Positions 1 through 13,995 are shown, counted from the first letter of the whole stretch. The stretch is 63,882 nucleotides of DNA, filler included, from Octopus bimaculoides (GCF_001194135.2; 6 parts of 6 records of this genome joined end to end with filler, not necessarily neighbours in it), one strand, 5' to 3'. A program made the numbers and translations. The notes: generated by a model from the sequence alone, not told the origin.

Positions 1-36
<36 letters not shown>

Positions 37-37
37 T

Positions 38-240
38 CTACTCTAGGCACAAAGCCCAAAATTTAGTGGGAAGGGAGACTGTAGGTTAGATCTACTCTAG
101 TACACAACTTAATTTATCGACCCTGAAATGATGTAAGGGAAAGTTGACCTCGGTGGAATTTGAACTGAGAACGTAAAGACAGACGAAATAGCGCTACGCT
201 TTTCGTCCGGCATGCTAACGATTTTGCCAGCTCGACGCCT
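38..240 (-). mobile_element. tRNA-derived SINE, family A (Nin-domain-like core)
   Basis: Matches other family A copies in the window (e.g. 12953-13187): ...ttaatttatcgaccctgaa...gacctcggtggaatttgaactgagaacg...ctaacgattttgccagctcg. The reverse complement has an A-box-like TGGCAAAATCG and a B-box-like AGTTCAAATTCC. The Nin-like label is from recall. Confidence 0.8.
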
Positions 241-934
241 TCTTTATATATCTATCGTAATGTGTTAGTGTCTCTAGTGACAGTCTATTTATAGTCACGA
301 CTCCCCAGGTTCAAACTTACTCTGTAGAATCATTTTTACAATCTGGAAACTGAACGTTAGAGCTGTTGTATTTAAAATTCTACAATACTTCATTTTTTTT
401 CTATTTACAAGGCCAAGCCACAAAACTGCTCAACGTAGATTGTGACTTCAAAAGTACCAGAGAGTTATTTATTCATAAGGGCCCTAGAATTCATAGCCTG
501 ACGGAAAGTCTCCACAAACTCATACACCATAATGTTTCAAGACCTTTCAAATTTCCTCTTTGTTAATTGTGTCAAATGTTTTCTTAATATCAATGAAAAC
601 AGCTTATATTGCCGTTTTCTGTTCAATGAATTTCTCTTGTATCAAACTTCGATGAGTTTTACTACCACCAGCTCTAAAACCACATAGTCTTTCAGGTGGT
701 GGTATTGGGTCGGGGGTCCAGAGTACATTCATATACACTAATATTATATCATATTATATTATAATGATATATTATATTATATTACATATATATGTGTGTG
801 TTTATATATGTATATGTGTATGTATACGAAAGATTGCTGAAAGGTTTCTGGCTTTAAGGTTATCGCGAAAGGCAAGGTTCAGGCACAAAATTTCGAGTTC
901 TTTTACAGGATTTACAAAAAATGAAGGACCACTG

Positions 935-1878
935 CAATAAGTTCAAAAATGAAAATTTTGACCTCAAAGACGCACGTTGTTCTGGCCGTCCAGTTGAGTT
1001 TGAGGAAGAGCGATTAAACCGACTTTTGCACGAAAATTCTCGTCAAACGATATGGGAACTGGCAGAAAAAATTTAATGTTCCCACACTGCTATAGAGAAG
1101 CATCTTCACTCGATGGTAAAGGTTCAGAAGTATCGAGCATGTGTTCCGCATGCTTCAAGTGACAACAAAAATCAACGAGCCACAATCTCCGTTGGTTTGC
1201 TTGCTCGTCACCTCTCATGGACACAAGCAACGATTTCTTTACCGAATCGTTACTGGCGACGAAAAATGGAGCCTGTACATCAATATGAAGCAGCGTAAGG
1301 AATGGCTTAGCCCCGGTAAACAAGCGACACTGCGCGTGAAACAAGATCTTCTTCCGCGTAAAAGGATGTCGTGCGTATTGTGGGACAGGGAAGGGATTAT
1401 CCATTACGAATTGCTTGAACGGAACAAAACGGTCAACGCTGAACTCTATGTTCAACACATGTAACGGCTTAACACGACTATTTAAGAGAAAAAAAACATA
1501 ATCAGCAACATTGAGTTCTTCAGCTGCACAACAACGTCCGCCCACATATTGCCAATATAACCAAGGGAGCCATTCAAACGCATGGTTAGGAAGTGGTGCC
1601 ACACCCGCCGTTCTCTCCTGATTTGGCACCAACGGATTTCCACCTCTTTCGATCTCTTTCAAATGTTCTGCACGGAGTTTCGTTCAATATTGATGCAGAA
1701 TTCAGAGCTTGATTGGATTAATTTTTCGAGTCGAAATCGGGTGATTTCTACCAACAAGGTATTGAAAATTTTGTTGAACGTTGGGAAGAAGTTGCAAACA
1801 ACAAGGGTGAATACATTATTGATTCATTAGTTGTTGAAAATTTTAAAAAAGGGCAGGAACTTAATTGCCAACCTAATA
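935..1878 (+). mobile_element. Mariner (DD34D) transposon remnant, 5'-truncated, with frameshifts and stops
   Basis: Translated pieces: KFKNENFDLKDARCSGRP (HTH), RIVTGDEKW, LHNNVRPH (second catalytic D mutated), HPPFSPDLAPTDFHLF, VERWEEVANNKGEYII*. The 3' TIR gggcaggaacttaattgccaacctaata ends at 1878 and is followed by TA. Confidence 0.92.
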
Positions 1879-3381
1879 TATAGTAGTTAAAATTTTGAGT
1901 GTATTGTTTTTAGTGCATTACTGAATAGTGAACACACACACATACCAAACACTCAAATGTATATGCATATGTTTACCAGATACACGGGAAATCATAAATT
2001 AGCAAATCTGCCACGATGATGCTTGTTAATTTGATAATCAACTCGACAACCGCAAAATATTAGGTAAATCTAAGTTGATTTTCTTTATACGTTATATTCT
2101 ATACATTCAAAACACACCGAGTTGAAGTTGACAACATGAGTAACACGAAGTTCTCGAAACAGCTTTTCCTTCTACCGAACTGTACCGAAAATACTTTGGT
2201 AAAGCAGGACCTCTGGTGGAAACACGAGTGCAAATTGCCTCACGATTCATTTGAAACTACTTGTTAGGTGAACTTCCGTCGCCCCTATAAAACACACACA
2301 CACACACATTTTTAGCACCATTGTAAATGAAAAGTTGTAAGCTACATTCTTAAAAGTTTTTTACAGAGTGAGTATTTATAAAACGCATTAAAACCATTTT
2401 GAATTTATCATTACCATTATTTTGTATTATACACGAATTTAAATCCGTTTCATATGAATATATAATATGACTTAAACTTGCTATATATATATATATATAT
2501 ATATGCTACTTTACATATTTCATAGTTTAATTGTTTTTGTTTTAGTGTTTAAGTTGAAAGCGTTCCAATGTGGTGTCACATCGTGTTTGTTTGATTTTAT
2601 ATATAAATGGAACTGTATTATGTTCGCCTCCACATTTTCAAATTTCTGGTGACAAAAAAATACACATAACAGCATAGAATTAAGTGAAGAGAGGGACACA
2701 TCTGTGGAAGTATTTGACGTAATATATTAACATCTAAACAACCAGAAAATGCTAAGTAAGACACATATTGTTAAACATATCTGTCATATCGGTAAAGCTG
2801 TGTGTATTTGATTTAACCAAATAAAATTTTAAAATATTCAAATTCAGCTTAAACTGGCTGTAAGTCATTTCTGTGAAAATATATTAGCAATTTTTATCTT
2901 TAAAAAATAAGTTTCATAATAACTATGAAAATTTTAAAATTGCATGTTGCAAATCTCAGTTGTTTTGCCAGATGCAAACGTGAATGATTCAATGAATACA
3001 CGCATGCACACATGCACACACTCGCACACACGTACACACATGCACACACACTCCCACACAGATGTATATGTATAAGCGTGTATGTGTTTGCGCGTCTATA
3101 TGTGGGTGTGTGTAACTATTTGATAAATTATATACACATATATGCGCATTTATATATTACCACAGATATATACCATAACCACCCGGACACACATCAATAC
3201 GTGAATCTTCAGTCGTGCCATTCCCCACATACAATATATGAATGTAATAGACTTGTAACTATTCGGTGGTGCAGAAGTATTTATGACTTCTCTTTTTAGC
3301 GATATAGGTACTCATGTAGTACCCTTGTCTATATATGTACATATCTAAATATGTATTGATATAGATATATACATACACGCA

Positions 3382-3444
<63 letters not shown>

Positions 3445-4159
3445 TCTAATTCATACACACGGAAACAAACGCCTACACCACCAACATGTGTATTTCCAGG
3501 AAAACAACTAAATAAGCGTCTGTTGTGTACTATATGCTTTCATTACATATGGGATATGGTATATTCATATTACAGCTTATCATTTCTCTAACACAAGTAT
3601 TGTAAAGTAATATCAATTTAGTTATGTTTTAACATTGTTGCCATTTTATATATTTACGATATAATGTACTGTTAAAAGTTATTTAGTTATTATTTGAGAT
3701 TTATGTAATGCCATCCGGCCACATGAAGCATAATCAGCAAATAATATGTAGCTACTGTGTAATTTTGTCTAAAACTTACCATACAGAAATACATCACACA
3801 GAGGACCTCGCTTACGGAACTTTTGTGATGGTTTTTGTTTTGAACAAAAATAGGGAACAAACAGAAAATATTACGAAATTGAAGATATGCGCCTTTCCAA
3901 ACAAGAGTGTAATTTAAAGGGATATTGTATATATTCAAGAATGTAATTCATTTCTAAGCGATCCAACAAAACGTATAAAAGCAACTATAATACTCAAACT
4001 AACGTAGTCAAGGACAATGTTATTACTAACTCTGAAAAATAACAAGATAAGCTGAGCTAACGGGAGTGTTATAAATTTAAATGCATAGGTTTGAGTCATA
4101 ACATTACTAACAGATAAATTTGTTGCTCTAAATAAAGCTTGCATTTTTATAAACCTGGA

Positions 4160-4290
4160 AGGCGATGAGTTGGCAGAATCATTTAGGGTTGGATACTCGA
4201 AACTCAACTCCAGATTTCACGTCCGGCTGTGAAGTCAATTTTGCCTTTAAGTTTTCACGTATCGATGAAAGAAAGTACCTGTGGAGTATA
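4160..4290 (+). mobile_element. Degenerate family A SINE
   Basis: ggcgatgagttggcagaatc...gaagtcaattttgcctttaa...tcgatgaaagaaagtacc aligns by eye to the family A head and core. Confidence 0.5.
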
Positions 4291-5140
4291 TATGTCACAA
4301 ACATTGGCAAACTCCCCCATATAAAAATGCTGATTTTGGAACCATTTCCGAAATAATTACTATGTAGGAGCATATTCTTAAATTTGTATCCTCACATCTA
4401 GATTAATAAGCGAAACTAAAGCAGATGGAATTCAAATTAGAAGTGCATGTCTGAAAATTACAATCTCTAAACTATTACAGGTTAATGCTTTGGAATGTTG
4501 TTGCTTCTCAATGTTAAATTGATTTCGAAACAATCATTATGAGACGAGTATAATTTGAACCTAATTGACATAATTTGTTGTTACCCATTCAGAATATAAC
4601 TGTTTGTTTAAATGCTTCTTCAATTTGTTAATTGTTATTCCAACTGTAGCAATATAATTACAAACAAATAAGAATTAATGTAGACCAGAAAATCTACTCT
4701 CTTAATAAAAGCAAAGAACGAATTTAAAGCGCAATACGGAGAATTTTGGCATAAACATAGGATTTTAATTAAAACATAGGCGTATTAACAGAAATCTGAA
4801 ATGTTATTGGTTTCCATTCTTTAAAACTTAACTGTAGTGCGTTAAACTCAATAACTGAAGTTATGAAAATGGCGGTCTGTAAATCTCAATGTTTTTCTTG
4901 TCCAGAAAGCAGATGAGTTCAAAAATATGTTATCATATTTTCCAGCAGTATTAATAGAAAATTTGAAACAAAAAGGATCCCCATAATAAAAAACATATTG
5001 TTTCGTCGCCATTTTAATTGTAATCATTTAAATTTCCTTACTTATATTTTGCTGACGGCTCCGATGCAAAATCTCTGATGCGGGCTACATTCATTTAGGG
5101 AATGTTTATTGAACTATAGATAACAAATGAAGATAATAAT

Positions 5141-5357
5141 GGTTTCAAATTTTGGCACAAAGCAACCTATTTTAGATAGTGGTGGTACTTCGATTACATT
5201 GAACCCAACATTCAATTGGTATTTATTTTTTCGATCTCGAATGGACGGAAGGCAAAGTCGACTTCAGCGGAATTTGAACTAAGAAAATCAAGATGGAGGA
5301 AATACCGTTAAGCATTTTGTACAGAATATTAAAAATACTACCTGCTCACCGCCTTAT
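5141..5357 (-). mobile_element. Family A SINE with target-site duplication
   Basis: Family A core, flanked by aaatgaagataataat (5125-5140) and aaacgaagataataat (5358-5373): a 16-bp TSD with 1 mismatch. Confidence 0.85.
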
Positions 5358-5911
5358 AAACGAAGATAATAATAAAACAAAATCGCAGACAATGTTTCTT
5401 TATTTAAGGTGAAATTTATGTCTTAACGGATGCAACAGTTAATGTGATGATTTATGCTGTTTATTACACGAAAGATATTTTCTCACTCTAGATAATAGGT
5501 TGGATGATGACCGTCAGATGGTGACAACCACCAATTTGTATTCTTAACTTGCTTTCCATATACTTTTGCTTTCTGAAAATAGCTGCTCATGCGTAAATAA
5601 ATTTTGTCGTAAAAATATGTTATATATTTTATATAAATGTCTTCCGATGTTTTTTAAAAAATATAAAATTTGTTAATCGGTAAGTTATTAAAATTTTGAT
5701 TGCCCATATAAATTTGATAAGGAAATTAATTTATAAAAACAAAATAAATAAAAAATAATACCTTTAAAATATAGTTTTACAAAATTTTCTGTATAATTGA
5801 AATGTATGTCACTTATTTAGAGCAGACAACACATTTTTATTGACAGTTTTTTTAGAGTGGCTGTCATACGCATCAAGCAGCTGCCTTAAGAAAGTTAGTC
5901 AGGTAAATCTA

Positions 5912-6038
5912 CAGGGTATCCACAAAGTCTGGGTACATGGAGTAAATAAAATCATAACATAAACAGTTAAACATAAGAAATAAAATTTTCTTAAAGTATG
6001 TGTTAATTGCCATGTACCCAGACTTTGTGGACACCCTG
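5912..6038. mobile_element. 127-bp Tc1/mariner-type MITE
   Basis: 29-bp TIRs CAGGGTATCCACAAAGTCTGGGTACATGG / CCATGTACCCAGACTTTGTGGACACCCTG (1 mismatch). TA on the left, TT on the right. AT-rich non-coding interior. Confidence 0.88.
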
Positions 6039-6845
6039 TTGAATTGTTTTGAATTCTGTGGAGTGATCTAATACTCTATAAAATATAAGTATATTCATTA
6101 AATTTTGCAGGTAATCAGTTAATATTTTAATACATCTGTACGGGAAATAGATATTGCACCTACATTTAATGACAATTGGCAACAACCGGCAATATTATAA
6201 GAGACTGTACGGAGTAGATACCATTACATTTGGGGGCTTGAATGCCGGAGAATTTTGGCTGGCAAACCAACTCCGCTCCTGGAGCAATAGTGTAACACCT
6301 TTGCATTAAAGTGAATGATTCATATATAAATCTAAATATAAACTATAATATAAATATAAGTATAAACTATAAGATATAAATATAAACTATATGACTCACA
6401 CTTTCTACCACCCAGCGAGTGTTTCAGAAATATAACCAGAATTTAGAAAATATTGGTCGTATTTATGACGAATCCTCATTTAATCGTGTAGTGTAAGAAA
6501 ACGTTAATGCAGCTAGCATTTTCACAAACATAGAAAATTAGAATAGGAAAGAAAAAAAATAATAAGATATGCACTTTAATTCGGTGTATTCAAGTTTAGC
6601 AGTCCGAACAAAGAGAGGATACTCCTGCGTTTTGTAAAATTACGTGTAACTAAATAACATAAAAGAATTGGAAAATATCCAAAAATTCATTCAGAATAAA
6701 TTATTCAACACCAACCTTATCTGCTAAGAGACAATCGTACATTTATAACAACAACAAGAACAGCAACAACAGAAACAACGAACAACAGCATTAACAGTAA
6801 GAAGAAGAACAACAAAAGCAGCAGCAACAGCAACAGCAGCAACAG

Positions 6846-7398
6846 AATGCCCTGATATAGTACCAAACAATGGCTCTCTTGGCTTCTGATCTTAACTGAA
6901 GTGTTATCATGTACATTGTTTTGTCTTTGTATTAAAAAAATTGGCTACTGCAAATATTCTGCTCGATAGCACAGATTTGCATGTCAGTTGTTTGACCTTA
7001 ACCAGTTGAAGCATGTGACTTGGTGGCTGACGATATGTGCATCTCTGATCACGAGCAGATGAAGAAGCGAACATCATAGTCATGTGTTGACAGGAATTCT
7101 TTGGGGTTGTATAATTTACCTCTGGAATCATGGGTGTTTTGTTCCTCATCCTTAAACAACCCTTATTCAGAGACCTTTTTCTGAGATGGGCTACTCGGCC
7201 TGAAGAAAATTCTAACTGGATTCCACCTGCAAGCTCAAGTGCGGTTTGTCTTGATATGAGGTCATCATGTCACGCACGTATGTTTGTGATGCATGTGACC
7301 GGTGTACTCTTATCACACGGGTTGTCATGATGGCTATAATGGGCTTCGTATATTTTACCCCAGTGTCACTTTGATTGCATGCACTGATCTCTCACTCC
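6846..7398 (+). mobile_element. ~550-bp non-coding (TAA)n-tailed interspersed element, copy 1
   Basis: Reverse complement of 44939-45489 and 47425-47883. Starts AATGCCCTGAT, ends ...gcactgatctctcactcc followed by ataataatag. Confidence 0.85.
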
Positions 7399-7436
7399 AT
7401 AATAATAGTAACAATAATGATAATAATAATATTAAT

Positions 7437-7648
7437 CCTTTCTACTACAGACATAAACCCTGAAATTAACGGGGTGGTATTAGTCGATTATATCAACCCA
7501 AGTGCGTAACTGGTACTTAATTTATCGACCCCGAAAGGATGAAAAGCAAATTCGACCTCACAAGAATTTGAACTCAGAAAGTGGAGACTGACGAAATGCC
7601 GGTAAACAATTCGCCCGGTGTGGTAACAACTCTACCAGAGTGCTGCCA
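7437..7648 (-). mobile_element. Family A SINE
   Basis: ctggtacttaatttatcgaccccgaaaggatgaaaagcaaattcgacc...gaatttgaactcagaa, embedded in (AAT)n. Confidence 0.8.
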
Positions 7649-7985
7649 TAATAATAATAATAATAATAATAATGATAATAATAATGATGATGATAATGAT
7701 AATTATGATGACGACGGCAACGAAGATGATAATGATGATGATGATGATGATCACGACGACGATGCTAATGATATTAATGAGGCTGATGATGATGATGATG
7801 ATGATAACGACGATGAGGATTATGATGATGATGATTATGTTGAGAATGATGATAACGGTGATGAGGATAAGGATGATCGTGTTGATGAAGGTGATGATAA
7901 CATTTTTAGTAGTAGTAGTAGTAGTAGTAGGAGCAGCAGCTGCAGTAGTAGTAGTAGTAGTAGTAGTAGCAGTAGTAGTAGTGGT
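7649..7985. repeat. Compound (AAT)n/(GAT)n/(AGT)n trinucleotide microsatellite
   Basis: Direct reading. It explains the N/D/S-rich ORFs at 7581-8154. Confidence 0.9.
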
Positions 7986-8796
7986 AATCCTCATTACCAG
8001 AAGACGAACATTATTAACGGCCAAAAATGCAGTTGTGTTTGCCGAAAAATGTATGTCCACGAAGATAATTACCAAGAAAAATTGGATATCTAAGTTGTCG
8101 CTGTCAAATATTGAAAGGAACAGATTACATCGGTATGACAGCAAATCAATTTAAGATCAGATAGAATCATTATAAATGTACATTTAGAACATCAGAAAGA
8201 AGATTAGAAGCATTTTTGTGACACATACAAGAATTTTGAAAATGGCAACGGAACCTAAAATATCAGTTGGTATCTTTTATATAAGAGAAAACTTCATATA
8301 TCAACCTATTCTTTCTGCAGTTTATGCGTATTTTAAAACACAATAACAAATCGCAGGATAAGCGTACAGATTTAATTTCTCTTTGTTCAAATAAACGAAA
8401 ATACCTTCGGGGAATTTTGCCATTGAAGATTGATATAAATTATAGCATTCGGAAAACAAAACCAAAAAATTATAAAGCATGTGCGTATTGCGAAGGCGAA
8501 GCGCTGCTTGTGTTGGATTGTCACACCATATTGTGTTAAATGAAAATTCCATGCTCATTTCTTAATATCCAATAATAAATATATGTTATGTTTCAAAATG
8601 CTTTTTTCTGTGTACAAACTGACATTTCCAATATATTTTCAGTGGTCTTTTCTTTAGTTAGCATTAATAGTATATTGTTTAATATAACGGTATATGCATA
8701 TATGTATGTACGTAAGAACGTGCGTGGGTATTTATGTATGTACCTATGTATGTATATATCTATCTATGTAAGTATGTATGTATATATTCTTTTATT

Positions 8797-8960
8797 ATTT
8801 TATTTGTTTCACTCATTTAACTAGAGCAATACTAGACACCCACCTTTAAGGGCTTTAATCGTACAAATCGACCCCAGTACTTATTTTTAGCGCTGTACTT
8901 ATCCTATCAGTCCATTTACCTATCTGCCAAGTAACGGGGACGTAAACCCAAACACACCCC
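8797..8960 (-). mobile_element. 3' part of composite SINE family B/C, degenerate
   Basis: ttgtttcactcattt...aaatcgaccccagtacttatttt...aagtaacggggacgtaaac matches the reverse complement of 19680-19858. Confidence 0.6.
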
Positions 8961-11369
8961 TACACAAAAACATTCATCCTCCCTCCACGACTTCGTGTTT
9001 GATTGACACCTGTATTTAACATATGGCCTGTTAATACTCACACACACATACACACTGACAGACACTCGCGCTTACACTTTCTTCTGTTTACCCATAATTG
9101 TTGCTTCCTTTTCTCTTCTGTTTCTGTCTATTTTCCTCTTACATAAATTCGATTGACATCCTTTCGGCTGATTTCTTTCCCGACTATCTCCGATGTACTT
9201 TATTTCCCCTTTCTTGACTATATTTCGAATCTCAGAACATACCATCAGCTGTGTATTCTTCAGCAAAATAATTTTTTCTGTGAGTCCGTTTGTTACTGTC
9301 TCTGTTTTTCTCCTCCCTCTCTCTCTCTCTCTCTCTTTTCTCCCTCTTACTCTTAGAAACGTTTCTTCTTCTACACGTTCTAACACATTTACTGTTAATA
9401 GTTCCTCTATATATTATTGGTATTTTTTCCTCCCTGGACTTTTCGCCAGTTGAACCATTATCGCTCCTCACCGGAATTTTCATCTATGTTCTTTAAAAAT
9501 TCCGTCTCCCACAAGATTTTCAAAACACTTTGATATAGGTGTTGTATTAATTTTTTTTTTTTTGCATTTTTTTCTTTTCTTTATCACTAACTTCTCACCT
9601 TCCTCTGATCTCGAACCTTCTCTCTTGCATTCCATTCTCTTCATTTTCATTTATCTTTTTTGTTTTCATATTTTTCTCTTCTCTTTCTTCTTACACTCCT
9701 TCACGTGCTGTATTAATTTTCTTATCTCAAAGAACAAAAAGTAATTCCTGTACCAAATTTTATTGTAATTATCTCCAGATTTTCTCTTCTGACTTTTTCG
9801 TTTTTCTTCTATCTGTAAACACAAAATTTTCCCCATCTTTCGTTTCCTTCATGTGATTTTCTCAAAACAACATCGTCTCACTCGCATACGCTTACATACA
9901 ATTTGGTCACATACTCCACATGCCTCTTGGCTTCTCTTTTACATTTCTCTCGGGTGTACATTCTCCTCGTCACTTCCGCGCTTTCTTTAGATACACATAT
10001 GCTTCAATCGTTCACACACGTACTAAACTCTGCAAATATAAATTCGTGCCTGCACAGCTCAATACACAAACACGTCCATACAAACATCCATTTAGTGTGT
10101 AATATTAAAATTTCACCACTTTAGGGGATTACATTAAAATTACGCACAGACAGAGGAAACAGAATAACGTGAGAATGCTTCATCGCAATTCTGACTCTCA
10201 GGTTTCTCCATAAGTAATCAGGGAAATAGTTGAAAGACAATCACATGCAGCAGAGCAACATGTCACCGTTTATATCTTGATGGTTCTTCGGTAGCTTTTT
10301 ATAACTCAATGACATTTTTCTAGAATGTTCAACTTTACATGCATAGAGTGGAGTTCATTTGGTCCCACGCCAGCCGATCTAAATGACCAACTATATTCAC
10401 GTAGGGTTTAGTGCCATTTATGGTAATATTATTTTCCCAAACGAGTCTTTCTGTTTTATGGTACTACAAAATCAATAGCTGTTGCAATCTCTCTGCAATG
10501 CATGTATACTGAAGCAGAAGATTCACTTGCATATAATATAATAGGTTCACCATTTCTTTGTTGACTATTCGAAAAATCTTCAGTCGTATACACAACTATG
10601 GCTAGAAACTGTTTTTGTGTATATTACTTGAATTCGGATGAATTTTCTCATTCTCATGTTTCTCCTTTGTATTTTCGCTTTTTATTTTTAAGAAGAGATA
10701 AGAGAATGAGTTATATATAACATCATATTCAAAATGTCGTTTCCATTATACCGCTGGTCGCAAATTCAAGGCTGGCCATTGAGCTCTAAATCGTCTGGTA
10801 TGTATATATGTAGGTATGCGTGCATGCATCGATTTAAGTATATATAGACACAACAGTTTTTATAATTGCTTTTACGCTCATAATCCGTGATAAATTGAAT
10901 CCCATAATTAAAGATTCAAAAATACAAAAGGTCATGTACTATCAACCAAACTTAAGTAATTATTGGTGTTCTTAATAGTGGAATAATTTTTTTGAAAGAA
11001 GAGAACAAAGATTGCTGTCATCCAATACCTCAAACCACTAAACGAATAATAGATTGCAAGAACATTTTGGACGAATAAGATTGTAAAGAAATTTTAAGAT
11101 TATGTTCCCAGATTACTAACACGTTTTCTACCCAATAATCATATCAATTTACTCACTGTTAAGATTTCTGTACTGGTGGTAAAAAAAAAACAACAAGATA
11201 TGCGAGTGTAAATAAATTATGTTACGTCTTCAATTGACAGACACCATGCAAGCAATAACAAAACTTGAATTTTTAAGCCAAAATTGACAGGCTGTCATCA
11301 GAGACATGCATACATAAGCTTAATCTTTTAAATATGTAAGTATATATGTCTGTGCATGTGAGTGTGTGC

Positions 11370-11404
<35 letters not shown>

Positions 11405-11504
11405 NNNNNNNNNNNNNNNNNNNNNNNNNNNNNNNNNNNNNNNNNNNNTTAATTAATTAANNNNNNNNNNNNNNNNNNNNNNNNNNNNNNNNNNNNNNNN
11501 NNNN
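11405..11504. other. Artificial assembly linker N44-TTAATTAATTAA-N44 (also at 20930-21029, 29464-29563, 35294-35393, 62560-62659)
   Basis: Five identical 100-nt spacers. TTAATTAATTAA gives stop codons in all six frames. Confidence 0.95.
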
Positions 11505-12059
11505 TTAACTGCACCTACACACACACACACACACACATACGCACGTATACGCACACATACGCACGTATACACACACACACACACACACACTCAAACCCAC
11601 GCACACACAAACATTTGTCTGTAAACTAAATGTCCGGTTTCCCTATTTACGTTGCTCCATTATGACCAGGTGCCGTCGTTTAGAAAATGTTTTGATGGGA
11701 TTTGATGACGTCCAGGTGTTGTTTTGCGGTGAATAATAAAAAAACTTGCAACCAAGATAACATTCCTAGAATCAATTATTCGCCAATAATTGTCTGATAT
11801 TTAGCTTTCGTAGCAAATGGTTACCATTATCCCTGCCCCACTATCCTGGGGACAGGAGTGGTGGTCGTTTGTCAGTTCAAACATCAGGGTTGCAAGATCG
11901 CGTCAGAGCTCAAGACAGACGAAGTTGATGATCTTTTTTTTCTTTTTAATATTTGCGAGTTTGAAGAAAAAAGCAGCGCACATGGCTCTTGCAGGGACCC
12001 TGAGAATGATTTGAGAACGATGCTGTTAACAATCTGTTTCTATTGTTGCAGGTTGAAAT

Positions 12060-12522
12060 ATGCTGAAAGACTGCAAAAAGCTCGAAACGAACTTGGCGCG
12101 TCTTTGGTGGATCATTGGAAAGCATACGATACGGTTCCCCGTGTCGTGGAAATGTTTGGAATTGTACACAACACTGTGTATCTATTGATCAGAAGTATGA
12201 ATGGATGGGGCATTGAGCTTTAATTGGGGAGGCAAACCGTAGGCTTTGCCAACATAGATAAGCGAGAAAAATTGTGCCTGATCATAGATACACTGTGTAC
12301 CCTGAAGACTGCAGAATCATCGGAAAAGGAGAAAATCTAACGACATACGATGCTCTGAAGAGAGAAATCAAAGACGTTATGGCAAAGGAAAACGGTGCTC
12401 TGGACATAGTGAGCATAGAAATCGAAAATTGGTTGGAAAAGTTAAGAAAATAGAGCAGATCCCGAAAACAGCATTACTTGGTAGTGCAAAGTTCTTTAAA
12501 AGAATATACCACCTTAGTTCAC
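12060..12522 (+). mobile_element. Heavily deleted R4/Dong-clade non-LTR retrotransposon remnant
   Basis: LQKARNELGASLVDHWKAYDTVP..MFGIVHN resembles the RT motif (W.DY.KAYD.VP). It is followed by IDKREKLCLIID, PEDCRII and QIPKTALLGSAK, similar to the REL-endonuclease C-terminus at 44236-44830. Confidence 0.65.
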
Positions 12523-12544
12523 AAGAAAAAAACAGCTGGGATAT

Positions 12545-12748
12545 TGCTTTCAAGTTTTGGCACAAAGCCAGTGATTTCGGGGGAGGGGGGTAAGTTGATT
12601 AAATCTCTGCCATTGTTATTCCATCGGTCCCACAAGGATGAACAGCAAAGTCAACCCTGGCAGAATATGAACTCAGAACCTAAAGAAAGACGGAATGCCA
12701 CGAAGCATTTTGCCTGGTGGCGTGCTAAGGATACTGTTCGCCGCCTTA
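12545..12748 (-). mobile_element. Family A SINE, degenerate
   Basis: ttttggcacaaagcc tail; aaggatgaacagcaaagtcaacc...gaatatgaactcagaac core. Confidence 0.7.
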
Positions 12749-12814
12749 AACGACTGGTATATTAATGCCACTCAATTCAACAAGCTGAATATGTCAGATA
12801 CAACAACAACAACA

Positions 12815-13187
12815 GTACAAGGCCCGTAACTGGTATTTAATTTATCGACCCCGAAAGGATGAAGGGCAAAGGGGACTTCGGCCGAATTTGAACTCAGAAC
12901 GTAAAGACGGACGAAATACTGCTAAGCATTTCGCCCGGCGTGCTAACGTTTCTTATTTCGTTATTGCCCACAAGGGGCTAAACATAGAGGAGACAAACAA
13001 GGACAGACAAAGGGATTAAGTCGATTACATCGACCCCAGTGCGTAACTGGTACTTACTTTATCGACCCCGAAAGGATGAAAGGCAAAGTCGACCTCGGCG
13101 GAATTTGAACTCAGAACGTAACGGCAGACGAAATACCGCTAAGCATTTCGCCCGGCGTGCTAACGTTTCTGCCAACTCGCCGCCTTA
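12815..13187 (-). mobile_element. Dimeric family A SINE
   Basis: Two tandem head+core units joined by ...ttcttatttcgttattgcccacaaggggctaaac...; same architecture as 15789-16196. Confidence 0.85.
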
Positions 13188-13541
13188 TATGATAATAATA
13201 ATAANNNNNNNNNNNNNNNNNNNNNNNNNNNNNNNNNNNNNNNNNNNNNNNNNNNNNNNNNNNNNNNNNNNNNNNNNNNNNNNNNNNNNNNNNNNNNNNN
13301 NNNNNNNNNNNNNNNNTAAGGAAACAAAATGGAGAAATGGTGGGAAATGCGTACTTTAAGACATCCTGGCCATTGACTGATTGTTTGAAGGGTCTTTGGA
13401 TTGCCTCTACACTTCATACATACACTCCTACAGGACATGTGTGTGTGTGTGTGTATGAGTGCATGTGTGTTTCTCACCGAATATGTATGTATGTATGCAT
13501 GTATGTATGTATATGTGTATGTGTGTGTGTATATACATGTA

Positions 13542-13587
<46 letters not shown>

Positions 13588-13707
13588 CATACATACATAC
13601 ATATACACACACACATATATATAGACATACATACATATAAATGTATATATACGTATATATACATATGTATATATGTATATATATATATGTGTGTGAGTGT
13701 ATGTATG

Positions 13708-13742
<35 letters not shown>

Positions 13743-13995
13743 ACGTTTGTGCGTGTGTATTGATATATCTGCTGGTAGCTAGCTCTTATAAGAAGTAAAG
13801 GCTACTTAATCTCCTAGTCTCATTTATCCCTCATTTACGTACGCACACGCACACACACGCACACACACACGCACACACACACGCAACGTGCGCAAATACA
13901 CGAAATACAAAACAAAGCAATATGTGTGTGTGCGTGCTTGTATGTGCTTGATTGTGTTCATGAGAAGGTATTTGTATGTATGTATGTATGTATGT

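Noticed and set aside
1090-1662. 190-aa minus-strand ORF
   Set aside because: Antisense shadow of the mariner transposase remnant.
6846-6910. HDV-like or snRNA-like fold at the 5' end of the 550-bp element
   Set aside because: P1 could not be paired and the putative P3 is not conserved in copy 2. No convincing snRNA or 5S match by eye.
7581-8154. D/N/S-rich 170-aa ORF resembling an acidic protein
   Set aside because: It starts inside a SINE and consists of trinucleotide microsatellite, open in several frames on both strands.
10330-10600. Minus-strand peptide GHLDRLAWD, faintly like a Cys-loop receptor motif
   Set aside because: Short, bounded by stops, and with no other receptor motifs nearby.
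11405-11504. Recurrent TTAATTAATTAA palindrome (five copies)
   Set aside because: Always centred in exactly 44 N + 12 + 44 N. It is an artificial six-frame-stop linker, not biology.
13040-13187. tRNA-like A/B boxes in SINE heads
   Set aside because: No complete cloverleaf; they continue into repeat cores, so they are SINEs rather than tRNA genes.
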